From an uncultured virus (IMG/VR IMGVR_UViG_3300024301_000012) (Duplodnaviria > Heunggongvirae > Uroviricota > Caudoviricetes): 64,000 nucleotides of DNA. Below are positions 35,614 to 44,556 of this stretch, piece after piece. The stretch lies in the IMG/VR virus record IMGVR_UViG_3300024301_000012. One strand, written 5' to 3'. A program made the position numbers and the translations under genes. Numbering within the stretch: position 1 is the first letter of the stretch; each line of letters begins with the position of its first letter. The notes under the pieces were generated by a model that had not been told where the DNA came from, did not search any database, and saw nothing but the letters and a program-made list of their open reading frames with translations.

Positions 35614-38225
35614 TGCCAATTGGTAAGTTTGGACTAGAGAAGACTTGGAGAGCAAGCGGAACTGGTACATTTACCTTTAACGCTCCAGGAAATGTTGCTG
35701 TTCCTTTCGGCAAGAACTCTATCACAGTAGAGGGAAAAGGTGGCTCGGGCAATGCTGAAGTTGCTGGTACTATCGCTGGATATAATGCTCCTGTACCAGG
35801 CAATGCCGCTACATATAACCCTCCTGGTCAAAGTAATGTAGCGACATACAATGCTCCAACACCAGGTAATGTAGCGTCATATAATTCAGGTTCTTCTAGT
35901 AATCCAGCGACATACAATTCTCCAACACCAGGTACTGTAGCGACATATAATTCTCCAACAGGAGGTAATGCAGTTTATAATTCTCCAGATACTGATGTCA
36001 CATATAATCCAGTTACTGGCGGAAATGCTATATATGGGCCAGGGGGAGAGGTCCTTGTAGGTTATAATCCACCTGGTGAAGGAGATCCTGTGTATGGTCC
36101 AGGCACGTATGGAGTTGTGGGCTTTAATACTTCTGAGGATGGAACTGCTATATATGAACCAGGCGAAGAGGAACTTATAGGCTACAATCCAATAATCGGC
36201 GGAAACTTGGCTGGATACAATTCGCCCACAGCAGGTAGTGCAACAGGATATAATGCTCCATTTTACCATCCAGGAATTGAATACGGCGATCCTTTCATAC
36301 CACCAGATCCGCCATATTACGACCCAGGAACACCCACTGGATACAATTCTCCTACTCCTGGAACTGCTAACTATAATCCTGACAGTGGCGGAAATGCTAT
36401 TTATGAAACCGGCCCACCGGTACTTACAGGCTATAATGCACCAAGCGGCGGAAATCCTATTTATGGTGAGATTGGACCATACCCAATCGTAGGGTACAAT
36501 CCCGGACCACCAGGTACTGCTATTTACGAACAAAGTGAGGGTGAACTTATAGGTTATAATCCAATAGGCGGTGGAAATTTCGCTGGTGTTGACTATTATC
36601 CTGGAAATCCTACAGGAAATTATAATAGTTCTGGTTCAAGTAATCCAGCGACATATAATGCTCCAACACCAGGTAATGTAGCAACCTATAATTCAGAGTT
36701 ATCAGGAAATCCTGCTACATATAATGCAGATGTTGACGGTACTCCTGCTACATATAATACTTCTGGTTCAAGTAATCCAGCGACATATAATGCTCCAACA
36801 CCAGGTAATGTAGCGACATATAATGCTCCAACAGGAGGGAATGTTTCATCGTATAACACTGGATCTTCAAGTAATCCTGCAACATATAATCCACCTGATG
36901 AGGGAGATCCTATATATAGCCCTAGTGGTATACCGCCTGATCCTGAGCAATATTATCCTGGAACTCCTGCGACATATAATCCAGATATTCCAGGAACTGC
37001 AAATTATAGTACACCCGATGCAACCTATAATACGCCTACTCCTGGCAATGTAGCTTCATATAATTCTCCTACATATGTTCCTGCAGTTAATTATCCGCCT
37101 ACAATTACAGGATACACTTCGCCTACGCCTGGAAATGCTATTTATGGTCCAGGCACGTATGGAGTTGTAGGTTATAATCCACCTGGTGATGGAGAGATTG
37201 CTTACAATGCTCCTACTCCTGGAACTGCTATATATGCACCGGGAGACGAGGAACTTATAGGCTACAATCCACCTAGTGGTGGAAACTTAGCTGGATACAA
37301 TGCTCCTACATCAGGTAATCCAACAGGCTATAATGCTCCATTTTACTTTCCAGGGATTGACTATGGCGATCCTTTCATACCACCAGATCCGCCTGTTTAC
37401 GATCCAGGAACACCCACTGGATACAATTCTCCTACTCCTGGAGATGCTAACTATAATCCTACTAGCCCAGGTGATGCTATATATGGACCAGGCGATCCTG
37501 TACTTACTGGTTACAATTCACCCACTAACGGCACTGCTTTCTATAATCCTGGAACAGATGGTAATGCTATTTATGGTGAGGTTGGACCATATCCAATCGT
37601 AGGGTACAATCCACCTGATGGGGGAGATCCTATATATAGCCCGAGTTTAATTCCGCCTGATCCTGCGCAATATTATCCCGGAAATGCTAACTATAATCCA
37701 CCTGTTCCAGGGCCTGTTACTTACAATTCAGGTCCTATAGCAAACTATAATTCTCCTACTCCTGGCACTGTGGCGACATATAATGCTCCAATATATGTTC
37801 CTGCAGTTAATTATCCGCCTACAATTACAGGTTATACTTCGCCAGTCGAAGGCACACCAGCAACATATAACTCAGAGGCAGCTGGTAATCCTGCAACATA
37901 TAATGCTCCAACACCAGGTAATGTAGCGACATACAATGCTCCAGCACCAGGTAATGTAGCGACATATAATGTAGAGGAAGGAGGAACTCCTGCAACATAT
38001 AATGCTCCAACACCAGGTAATGTAGCAACATATAATGCTCCTATTGCAGCGCAGCCAGGGCAGCCCGCTACTGCATTAGGTATTACTTTACCAGGTTCAA
38101 ACGTAGGAGGCACTGAAGCAACATTTACATCTGCATCTGAGGTATCATATTATGATTATCCAGACGACAATACTTATCCAGTAGATGTTCCTGATGGAGG
38201 GGAAGTTACAATCAAAAAGAATTGA
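35613..38225 (+). CDS. Pro/Tyr/Asn/Gly-rich repeat protein, putative virion fibre or decoration
   Basis: 870 aa of roughly 12-aa repeats such as PGNVATYNAPT, with short non-repeat ends. Confidence 0.8.
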   Translation: MPIGKFGLEKTWRASGTGTFTFNAPGNVAVPFGKNSITVEGKGGSGNAEVAGTIAGYNAPVPGNAATYNPPGQSNVATYNAPTPGNVASYNSGSSSNPATYNSPTPGTVATYNSPTGGNAVYNSPDTDVTYNPVTGGNAIYGPGGEVLVGYNPPGEGDPVYGPGTYGVVGFNTSEDGTAIYEPGEEELIGYNPIIGGNLAGYNSPTAGSATGYNAPFYHPGIEYGDPFIPPDPPYYDPGTPTGYNSPTPGTANYNPDSGGNAIYETGPPVLTGYNAPSGGNPIYGEIGPYPIVGYNPGPPGTAIYEQSEGELIGYNPIGGGNFAGVDYYPGNPTGNYNSSGSSNPATYNAPTPGNVATYNSELSGNPATYNADVDGTPATYNTSGSSNPATYNAPTPGNVATYNAPTGGNVSSYNTGSSSNPATYNPPDEGDPIYSPSGIPPDPEQYYPGTPATYNPDIPGTANYSTPDATYNTPTPGNVASYNSPTYVPAVNYPPTITGYTSPTPGNAIYGPGTYGVVGYNPPGDGEIAYNAPTPGTAIYAPGDEELIGYNPPSGGNLAGYNAPTSGNPTGYNAPFYFPGIDYGDPFIPPDPPVYDPGTPTGYNSPTPGDANYNPTSPGDAIYGPGDPVLTGYNSPTNGTAFYNPGTDGNAIYGEVGPYPIVGYNPPDGGDPIYSPSLIPPDPAQYYPGNANYNPPVPGPVTYNSGPIANYNSPTPGTVATYNAPIYVPAVNYPPTITGYTSPVEGTPATYNSEAAGNPATYNAPTPGNVATYNAPAPGNVATYNVEEGGTPATYNAPTPGNVATYNAPIAAQPGQPATALGITLPGSNVGGTEATFTSASEVSYYDYPDDNTYPVDVPDGGEVTIKKN
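36168..37520 (+). repeat. internal DNA duplication with 1080-nt offset
   Basis: About 36168-36440 aligns with about 37248-37520, e.g. GGCGATCCTTTCATACCACCAGATCCGCC in both. Confidence 0.85.
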
Positions 38226-38250
38226 CATGTTCTAAATAATTATATATAAT
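38222..38250 (+). promoter_or_regulatory. consensus sigma70 promoter for the oxygenase-glycosyltransferase genes
   Basis: TTGACA (38222-38227, overlapping the upstream TGA stop), 17 nt, TATAAT (38245-38250). Confidence 0.85.
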
Positions 38251-38268
38251 GTAGTATTATAATATACT

Positions 38269-38877
38269 TTGAGTGAAAATATTATGCCAAAAATTGCAAA
38301 ATATAATGCTCCTCTGCAATGTTATGCCCATATGACTCAGGCTTTCAGTGCAGAGGAAGTTGAAAAAATTAGAGAAATAGAAGAGCTGCAAACATTTCAG
38401 CAAGGAACTGTAGGCTCTTCTACAATGAGTCCTGAAGACATGAAAAAGGCAAGAGACTCTTCTGTCTTTTTTATGAATCATGATGAGAACACCAATTGGT
38501 TATACCAGAAAATGGGATCCCTCATAGGAACCGCCAACAAAGATCATTTCATGTATGATGTAGATGATTTTGGTCCTATGCAATATACCAAATACGAACT
38601 CAATGGCCATTATACTTGGCATTGGGACGTTTTCTTTGGATATCAAATTAAACAAAGAAAAATATCTGTAGTCGTTATGCTAAACGATCCAGAAGATTAC
38701 GAAGGCGGTGATTTTCAAATTTGCATCAACGGCAATCTCGATGAAATTCAAACTATTCGGCCAAAGAAAGGCGATGCACTTTTCTTTGCCTCCTGGATGC
38801 CTCACAGAGTCACTTCAGTAACTTCTGGCGAAAGAAATACACTGGTTACATGGGTAACTGGTCCTAGAGAATCATAA
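38269..38877 (+). CDS. 2OG-Fe(II) oxygenase, prolyl-4-hydroxylase/PKHD-type
   Basis: QYTKY..GHYTWHWD, RKISVVVML, YEGGDF, FASWMPHRVTSVTSGERNTLVTW. Confidence 0.92.
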   Translation: MSENIMPKIAKYNAPLQCYAHMTQAFSAEEVEKIREIEELQTFQQGTVGSSTMSPEDMKKARDSSVFFMNHDENTNWLYQKMGSLIGTANKDHFMYDVDDFGPMQYTKYELNGHYTWHWDVFFGYQIKQRKISVVVMLNDPEDYEGGDFQICINGNLDEIQTIRPKKGDALFFASWMPHRVTSVTSGERNTLVTWVTGPRES

Positions 38878-39605
38878 TGTTTAATTTTTTGAAGAAAAAA
38901 GAAACTCCTATCATAGAGTTTTATTGTCATCCTAGTGTTCAAGGAATAATACCTGAGCCACGACCTGCAAACAAACATGTACCAGAGTGGTTCAAAAGTA
39001 TACCTCCTACTATGCCGTCAAAAGATAATGTCAATAGGCCTAATATGACTGCAAAAAAATGTATGCCTATGTTAGATGCTATGACATTAGGTTATGTTAT
39101 TCCTCTTTGTGGGGATCTAGGACTAAAGTCTTCGGAGGACTTGAGACAAATTGAAGTTTTTAATCCCCCCCAAATCAAATTAGCAGAGTTTCATAATCTA
39201 GAACAGTTAGGACCAAAAGCTCCTGGTATGCCAGCTCCTCCTGTTAAGTTTATAAATCATTGGGTAGTAAAGACTGCTCCTGGATGGAGTACACTGTTCA
39301 TGCCTCTTGTGAATAACAACTTACAGAATCCACACTTTACTTGCTTAGGAGGATTAGTAGACACAGATACTTATCCAAAAGAAGTAAATTTTCCTGCTGT
39401 TTGGCATACTCCAAATTTTGACGGTCATCTTCCAGCAGGAACTCCTCTTGTAGTAGCAATTCCTGTTAAAAGAGATTCTGTTCCTAGAGACTGTTCTGTT
39501 AGACCTATGTCAGATAAAGAATTTAAAGCTATTGATGACATTCGAAAACAACAAAATACTAGAGTTCGTGTTTATACTGATGAGTTGAGAGAGAAAAGAA
39601 AATAA
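38877..39605 (+). CDS. hypothetical protein (DUF6065-like, tentative), paralog A
   Basis: PEWFK, KKCMPMLDAMTLGYVIP, W.VKT.PGWS.LF, GLVDTD, GTPL...IP. Confidence 0.6.
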   Translation: MFNFLKKKETPIIEFYCHPSVQGIIPEPRPANKHVPEWFKSIPPTMPSKDNVNRPNMTAKKCMPMLDAMTLGYVIPLCGDLGLKSSEDLRQIEVFNPPQIKLAEFHNLEQLGPKAPGMPAPPVKFINHWVVKTAPGWSTLFMPLVNNNLQNPHFTCLGGLVDTDTYPKEVNFPAVWHTPNFDGHLPAGTPLVVAIPVKRDSVPRDCSVRPMSDKEFKAIDDIRKQQNTRVRVYTDELREKRK

Positions 39606-40327
39606 TGCCTTTATTTTTTAAAAAGAAAAAAGATATTGAGTTTGTTGATGTATCTAGAAACGCATACCTGGATTTTCCTGTACAGTTAGCGAAAGACGTA
39701 GAAGTTATAGGAAAAGATGCCAGAATAGCAAAAACAGGAGCAAACATTTTTCCACATTGTCCTGGTATGGCAGACTATGCAAAACTTGGATATGTAATAC
39801 CTGCGTGGGTAGACATAAAGATTAAAGCAAATAAAGCTGGTGTAGTGTCTACTATAGGTTCTAAACAACGAGGAGCTAGGGGCTTTTTACAACCAAGAAA
39901 AATGGATTCTAATATTGTAGAAGGAATCATAAAAATAGAAGACAATGTTCCTCTCACTGTATTACACATAGGTGCACCTTGGAATATTTTTGTTAGTAAA
40001 AATATATCAGCTCTTATACTTCCTGCAATTTATCACAATGATGTTTTTGATGACTTGCATATATGGCCAGGGGTAGTGGACTATAAAAACTTTTCTACAG
40101 CAAATCTAATTTGTACACCAAAGAGAAAGTGCGAGATAAATATAAAGGCAGGAGAACCTTTGTTACATATAATACCATTTTTAAATACTGATTTAATAGG
40201 TGGTTATGGACCTGGAACAGATCAACAAGTTGATAAGAGTCGAAATTCAATACTTAGCGGTGATAGTCAATACTATAGAAAATTTCTTTCTGTCAAAAAA
40301 CTGTTCACTTTGGATAAAAAAGAATGA
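39605..40327 (+). CDS. hypothetical protein (DUF6065-like, tentative), paralog B
   Basis: HCPGMADYAKLGYVIP, PW, PGVVD, AGEPLLHIIPF. Confidence 0.6.
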   Translation: MPLFFKKKKDIEFVDVSRNAYLDFPVQLAKDVEVIGKDARIAKTGANIFPHCPGMADYAKLGYVIPAWVDIKIKANKAGVVSTIGSKQRGARGFLQPRKMDSNIVEGIIKIEDNVPLTVLHIGAPWNIFVSKNISALILPAIYHNDVFDDLHIWPGVVDYKNFSTANLICTPKRKCEINIKAGEPLLHIIPFLNTDLIGGYGPGTDQQVDKSRNSILSGDSQYYRKFLSVKKLFTLDKKE

Positions 40328-41271
40328 AAATTTTTGTTAGTGTAGTCTCTTTTCGTGATCCTTTATTAAAATATACCGTTAAAAGTTTGTTAGATGAACG
40401 CTCCGATGATAACGAAATAACTATAGGTGTCTTTGAACAAACGTGTCTTGAAGACAGTCTTGTTACAGTTGAGCCAGACCTAGTCAACCATCCAAATGTA
40501 AAATATAAAAGAATAGATCCTGAGTATGCAGATGGAGTAGTTTGGGCTAGAAAAATAAATGCTGCTCACATCGAAGACGAAGATTTTATATATCAAGTAG
40601 ATTCCCATATGCTTTTTAACAAAAATTGGGATCGTTACTTATTGCAAGATTGGGAATTGGGAAGACAAAAAGCAAAAAATACTAGAGTCATTCTAACTGC
40701 TGCTTGCCACAACTTCAAACTAGAAGATGGTAAGCCATTTAAAATGTATGATCCAAATCATCATAAAACTAGCAGAGGAAGATACTTTACATTTCAAAAA
40801 CACATTAGAAGACCTGCCGCTCATGGTGAACACATTGATAGCACCGAAGACGTAGAACCAGCTATACATATCTTTGCAGGAAATTTCTTTGCTCCTACTC
40901 GCTGGGTCGATGAAATAGGATACGATTCAAGAATATTTTTTGACGGCGAAGAACACTATATGGTATTGAAGTCATTCATTAATGGCTGGTCTCTTTTTAA
41001 TCAAAGAGAGATGCATTGTTTTCATTTTTTGGGAACACACGATTATGTTACTAAGCATTGGGTTGATCCAATCACTGACAAATATGGTCCTCTTAGTAAT
41101 CGTGGTCAGAAATACTGGAAAAAGTTTATTGAAAGTATTTCTGAAGAAGATTTAAAGAAATATCATGAATACTCTGGTGTCGATTATATAAACGGAATAA
41201 TCGAAGAAAAGGCATTCACTCGCCAAATAATAGATCCGAAAGCAACTGGCACTCCAGACTCAGAAGATTAG
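40324..41271 (+). CDS. GlcNAc transferase, Skp1-hydroxyproline GlcNAcT (GT60/Gnt1)-like
   Basis: KIFVSVVSFRDP, GVFEQ, GVVWAR, YQVDSHMLF..NWD, AGNFF, FFDGEE. Confidence 0.8.
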   Translation: MKIFVSVVSFRDPLLKYTVKSLLDERSDDNEITIGVFEQTCLEDSLVTVEPDLVNHPNVKYKRIDPEYADGVVWARKINAAHIEDEDFIYQVDSHMLFNKNWDRYLLQDWELGRQKAKNTRVILTAACHNFKLEDGKPFKMYDPNHHKTSRGRYFTFQKHIRRPAAHGEHIDSTEDVEPAIHIFAGNFFAPTRWVDEIGYDSRIFFDGEEHYMVLKSFINGWSLFNQREMHCFHFLGTHDYVTKHWVDPITDKYGPLSNRGQKYWKKFIESISEEDLKKYHEYSGVDYINGIIEEKAFTRQIIDPKATGTPDSED

Positions 41272-41290
41272 TATATCCTCAATTTCCTGT

Positions 41291-41298
41291 TATAAATA
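41291..41298 (+). promoter_or_regulatory. T4-type late promoter
   Basis: TATAAATA upstream of gp48. Confidence 0.75.
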
Positions 41299-41328
41299 AA
41301 GAAAACAATTCTTTACGCAGGAATTAGA

Positions 41329-42591
41329 ATGTCATTTGAATCAGAACTCTCATCTATCAGAGCAACCGGTGCCAAACTAACCGAGCAAGACGTAGTCGTA
41401 CTCAGACAAAGGTACGAATCCGATGTACAAGATACATTTAATATGGCGGGTGCTGTATCTTCAATATTCGATGGAAAAAATTCTTACGAAACGGAAGAAG
41501 TATCTGATATCCCACAAGAAGAAAAAGACGCTCTAAAAAAATATGTTTATACTTCTGCGATTTCTCTTGAGTATCCTTTGAAAGTCGGCGAACGAGATTC
41601 AAAAAATCCAGAACAACTTCATAGTGTACGCTTCAGTATCTTAGCTAGAGAAAACAGTCGTGTAGCTCAACTTACCAACGATGGAATAGGGTCTAGCGGA
41701 GTCCTTAAGAACGCCGGTGGATCACTTGAGGTAGTAGAAAAAACTGAACAAAATAATTTTACCGCAGATCAGGATCGAACTATATCGTTACTATCTGCGT
41801 CAGTCGCAGGAGCCGCTATTGGGTTTTCTCTTGCAGGGTCAAAAGCAAGCGGCGCTGGCAAATTGTTGTCTGGTTTTTTAGGAGGTAGCGTCGGTGCTGG
41901 CTTAGCTTCTGCGGTAGTAGAAAGTGTTAGAACAGTTAGAACTCTAGGACAAATTAATTTACATATCTCACAGCCTCCTGTTGCTAGATATAGCGCAAAT
42001 TGGGAAAACAAAGAGCTAGGACCTTTAGCTGGAATGAAAGGCACTGAATTTAATGCCTCTGACTTACTGGAATCTGGAACAGGTGTGGGAGAACTAGGAA
42101 TAAGAGGCGCAATTAAAGCCGCAGCTAATTTACCATCTTCTTTTGGAATAGGAGGAGAACTAGGTTCTGCTGTTGATTTAGCGTCTGCTAAAGTAGCTAA
42201 TCCGTATAAAGAACAATTGTTTACTAGCATGGGCTTTCGTCAGTTTGCATTTAATTACAAATTTGCGCCCAAGAACGAAACAGAATATAATAATGTAAGA
42301 AGAATTATTGATCTATTTAAATATCATATGCATCCAGAAAATGATCCTACTGGTTTGTTCTTAGAATATCCTTCTGAATTTGAAATAGAATACTGTTACA
42401 ATGGAAGCAGAAACGAGCATCTAAACAAGATATCTCAATGTGCGTTGACTGATATAAAAGTAACATATGGCAATCAAGATGCCTTTACTACTTTTATGGG
42501 AACTAACGGTGCTCCTGTTGAAATTAATTTGGAGTTAGCATTCACCGAACTTGAAACCCTCACTAACAACAGAATAGCGGACGGATTCTAA
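41329..42591 (+). CDS. gp48: baseplate tail tube cap gp48
   Basis: NPYKEQLF..MGFRQF.F.YKFAPKN..E, FKYHMHP, YPSEFEIEY, CALTDI.V.Y, L.FTELE. Confidence 0.88.
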   Translation: MSFESELSSIRATGAKLTEQDVVVLRQRYESDVQDTFNMAGAVSSIFDGKNSYETEEVSDIPQEEKDALKKYVYTSAISLEYPLKVGERDSKNPEQLHSVRFSILARENSRVAQLTNDGIGSSGVLKNAGGSLEVVEKTEQNNFTADQDRTISLLSASVAGAAIGFSLAGSKASGAGKLLSGFLGGSVGAGLASAVVESVRTVRTLGQINLHISQPPVARYSANWENKELGPLAGMKGTEFNASDLLESGTGVGELGIRGAIKAAANLPSSFGIGGELGSAVDLASAKVANPYKEQLFTSMGFRQFAFNYKFAPKNETEYNNVRRIIDLFKYHMHPENDPTGLFLEYPSEFEIEYCYNGSRNEHLNKISQCALTDIKVTYGNQDAFTTFMGTNGAPVEINLELAFTELETLTNNRIADGF

Positions 42592-43193
42592 TGTTTTTCA
42601 AAGCAATGCCAAGAATAACGTATAAGGCAAATGAAAAAACGATATTAACTAAAGATATTTTCAGAAGAGTTGGTCTCGATAGAAGAATAAACAGCAAGTT
42701 AGCTGTTAATGCTTACTATGTTAAAGACGGCGAAACACCTGAAATGTTGGCTAATAACTTCTATAGTACACCAAAATATCATTGGGTAATATTGACCGTC
42801 AACGATATTGTAAACGTAAATGAAGAGTGGCCTAAAAATCAATCATTGCTTTTTGATTACACTGAAGCAAAGTATGGTCAAGGCAATGCATTGAAAGATC
42901 ATCATTATGAATTGGCTTATCGTTATGCACTAGCAGACGATAGTACTATTCTTGTTCAGTATGATGCTGAAAAATTAGCAGCAGGCGAAATACAAGCGGT
43001 TGCTGTAGATCCATCAGAACCTCCTATTATTGTAGATTATGATGTAGCTGCAATTGCTGCTGGAACAATACAAGCAGTATCAAATTTAGATTTTGAGATT
43101 TCAGAGAACGAAAAGAAGAGACAAATATTTGTATTGAAGCCAGAGTTTTTGGCACAGTTTGTTACAAGTTACAAGAGTTTGATGGCGAAATAA
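42591..43193 (+). CDS. gp53: baseplate wedge protein gp53
   Basis: YYVKDGETPEMLA...Y....YHWVIL..N, EWP, HHYE, NEKKRQI..LKP. Confidence 0.9.
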   Translation: MFFKAMPRITYKANEKTILTKDIFRRVGLDRRINSKLAVNAYYVKDGETPEMLANNFYSTPKYHWVILTVNDIVNVNEEWPKNQSLLFDYTEAKYGQGNALKDHHYELAYRYALADDSTILVQYDAEKLAAGEIQAVAVDPSEPPIIVDYDVAAIAAGTIQAVSNLDFEISENEKKRQIFVLKPEFLAQFVTSYKSLMAK

Positions 43194-43194
43194 T

Positions 43195-44556
43195 ATGGAA
43201 GATGAAGTTCTCGTACAAGCCGGTGATTTTAAACTAGAAAAGCTAATTATAACAAGTCCTACGACTGAAGAATTTGCTGACATCACCGAGTTTATGATAG
43301 AGATAAATTTGTACGAAGATTTGTTTTCTCCGTGCATGACTGGCAATGTCGTGCTTGCAGATGCAACAAACCTAATATCTAATCTTCCTATTCTGGGAAA
43401 TGAGTATATTACAATTAAACTCAGAACTCCAACACTAGAAGATAATCCAGATAATGTAATAGAAAAGACATTTCAAATATATGCTATCTATGATAGAGTT
43501 CTTAATGATGATAGGTCACAATTTTATAATATTTCGTTCATGTCAATTGAAGGATACGAACAACAAACAACGACAATAAGAAAATCTTACAATGATACTA
43601 CAGATGCCGTTGCAAAAAGTATATACGAAGAATTTTTAGAAGTCGATAGACCATTAGTTATTCTTGATGCACCTCATACGAGAAAAGTTAAGTATGTATC
43701 CAATCACTGGTCTCCTTTTAAAAATATGAATTATCTATCTAAGAAAGCAAAAGGCGCCTCTCTTCTAGGCTCTGATTATCTTTTCTTTGAGTCGAACAAA
43801 GCGTTTTATTTTGCAAGTATAGAAAGTTTAATATATGTACAGAGAAGAGATGCAGTATTTGACGAATATGTTTTAGAAAGAGATGGCGCTAAAATGCCAA
43901 GAAGAATTAGTGACGTTGGTTTTGTTGGCAACAGAATGCCAGACGAGATAACACGTATTGAAAATTTGAAAATGCTTACTACTATTGATGTAATGGATGG
44001 AAACAATAAAGGGGCATTTTCTTCCAGTGTAGATGGATATGATTTGTACACCAAAAAAATTATTCATAAGAATTTTGATTTTACGAAAGATATGAATAAG
44101 TTTTACAAGACCGGTCCTACAAACATACTGCCTTCGAATATAAAAAGAAATCCTCTAGCAAAAAAAGACTTCTATTCTTTCAATACAGGACTTTTTAATG
44201 ATTATGGATTGACAGATGAAGAAGATTTGCCAGATGGTTCAACTTCTAATTACACAGCAGATAGAATTCTGTTTAGACAAAGTTATCTGAATTCGTTTGA
44301 TAATAATAAATTTCTCATGACAGTTCCAGGTCGAACAGATATACAAGTTGGAAATTTAATAAGTTTATTGCATCCTTCACCTGAACCACCGTCGGATGAT
44401 TTGACTACTGTTCTTGATCCTTTGCTTTCTGGTCTATATATTATATCAGCAATACATCACAAGATAACTTCAGATAGACACGTTATGGAAACAGAATTGA
44501 TAAAGAATGGACTTTCTTCTTCACCAGAGAATGCCGCTTTGGAAGGAGAAGAATAG
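43195..44556 (+). CDS. putative baseplate hub protein (gp27-like)
   Basis: Lies between gp53 and gp5; INLYEDLFSP..TG, YLFFES, VPGRTDI.VG, SGLYIISAIHH. Confidence 0.6.
   Translation: MEDEVLVQAGDFKLEKLIITSPTTEEFADITEFMIEINLYEDLFSPCMTGNVVLADATNLISNLPILGNEYITIKLRTPTLEDNPDNVIEKTFQIYAIYDRVLNDDRSQFYNISFMSIEGYEQQTTTIRKSYNDTTDAVAKSIYEEFLEVDRPLVILDAPHTRKVKYVSNHWSPFKNMNYLSKKAKGASLLGSDYLFFESNKAFYFASIESLIYVQRRDAVFDEYVLERDGAKMPRRISDVGFVGNRMPDEITRIENLKMLTTIDVMDGNNKGAFSSSVDGYDLYTKKIIHKNFDFTKDMNKFYKTGPTNILPSNIKRNPLAKKDFYSFNTGLFNDYGLTDEEDLPDGSTSNYTADRILFRQSYLNSFDNNKFLMTVPGRTDIQVGNLISLLHPSPEPPSDDLTTVLDPLLSGLYIISAIHHKITSDRHVMETELIKNGLSSSPENAALEGEE

Noticed and set aside
36168..37520. Paired near-identical repeats as a DGR template/variable repeat pair
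   Set aside because: Differences are not adenine-specific, both copies are in frame in one gene, and no reverse transcriptase is present in the window
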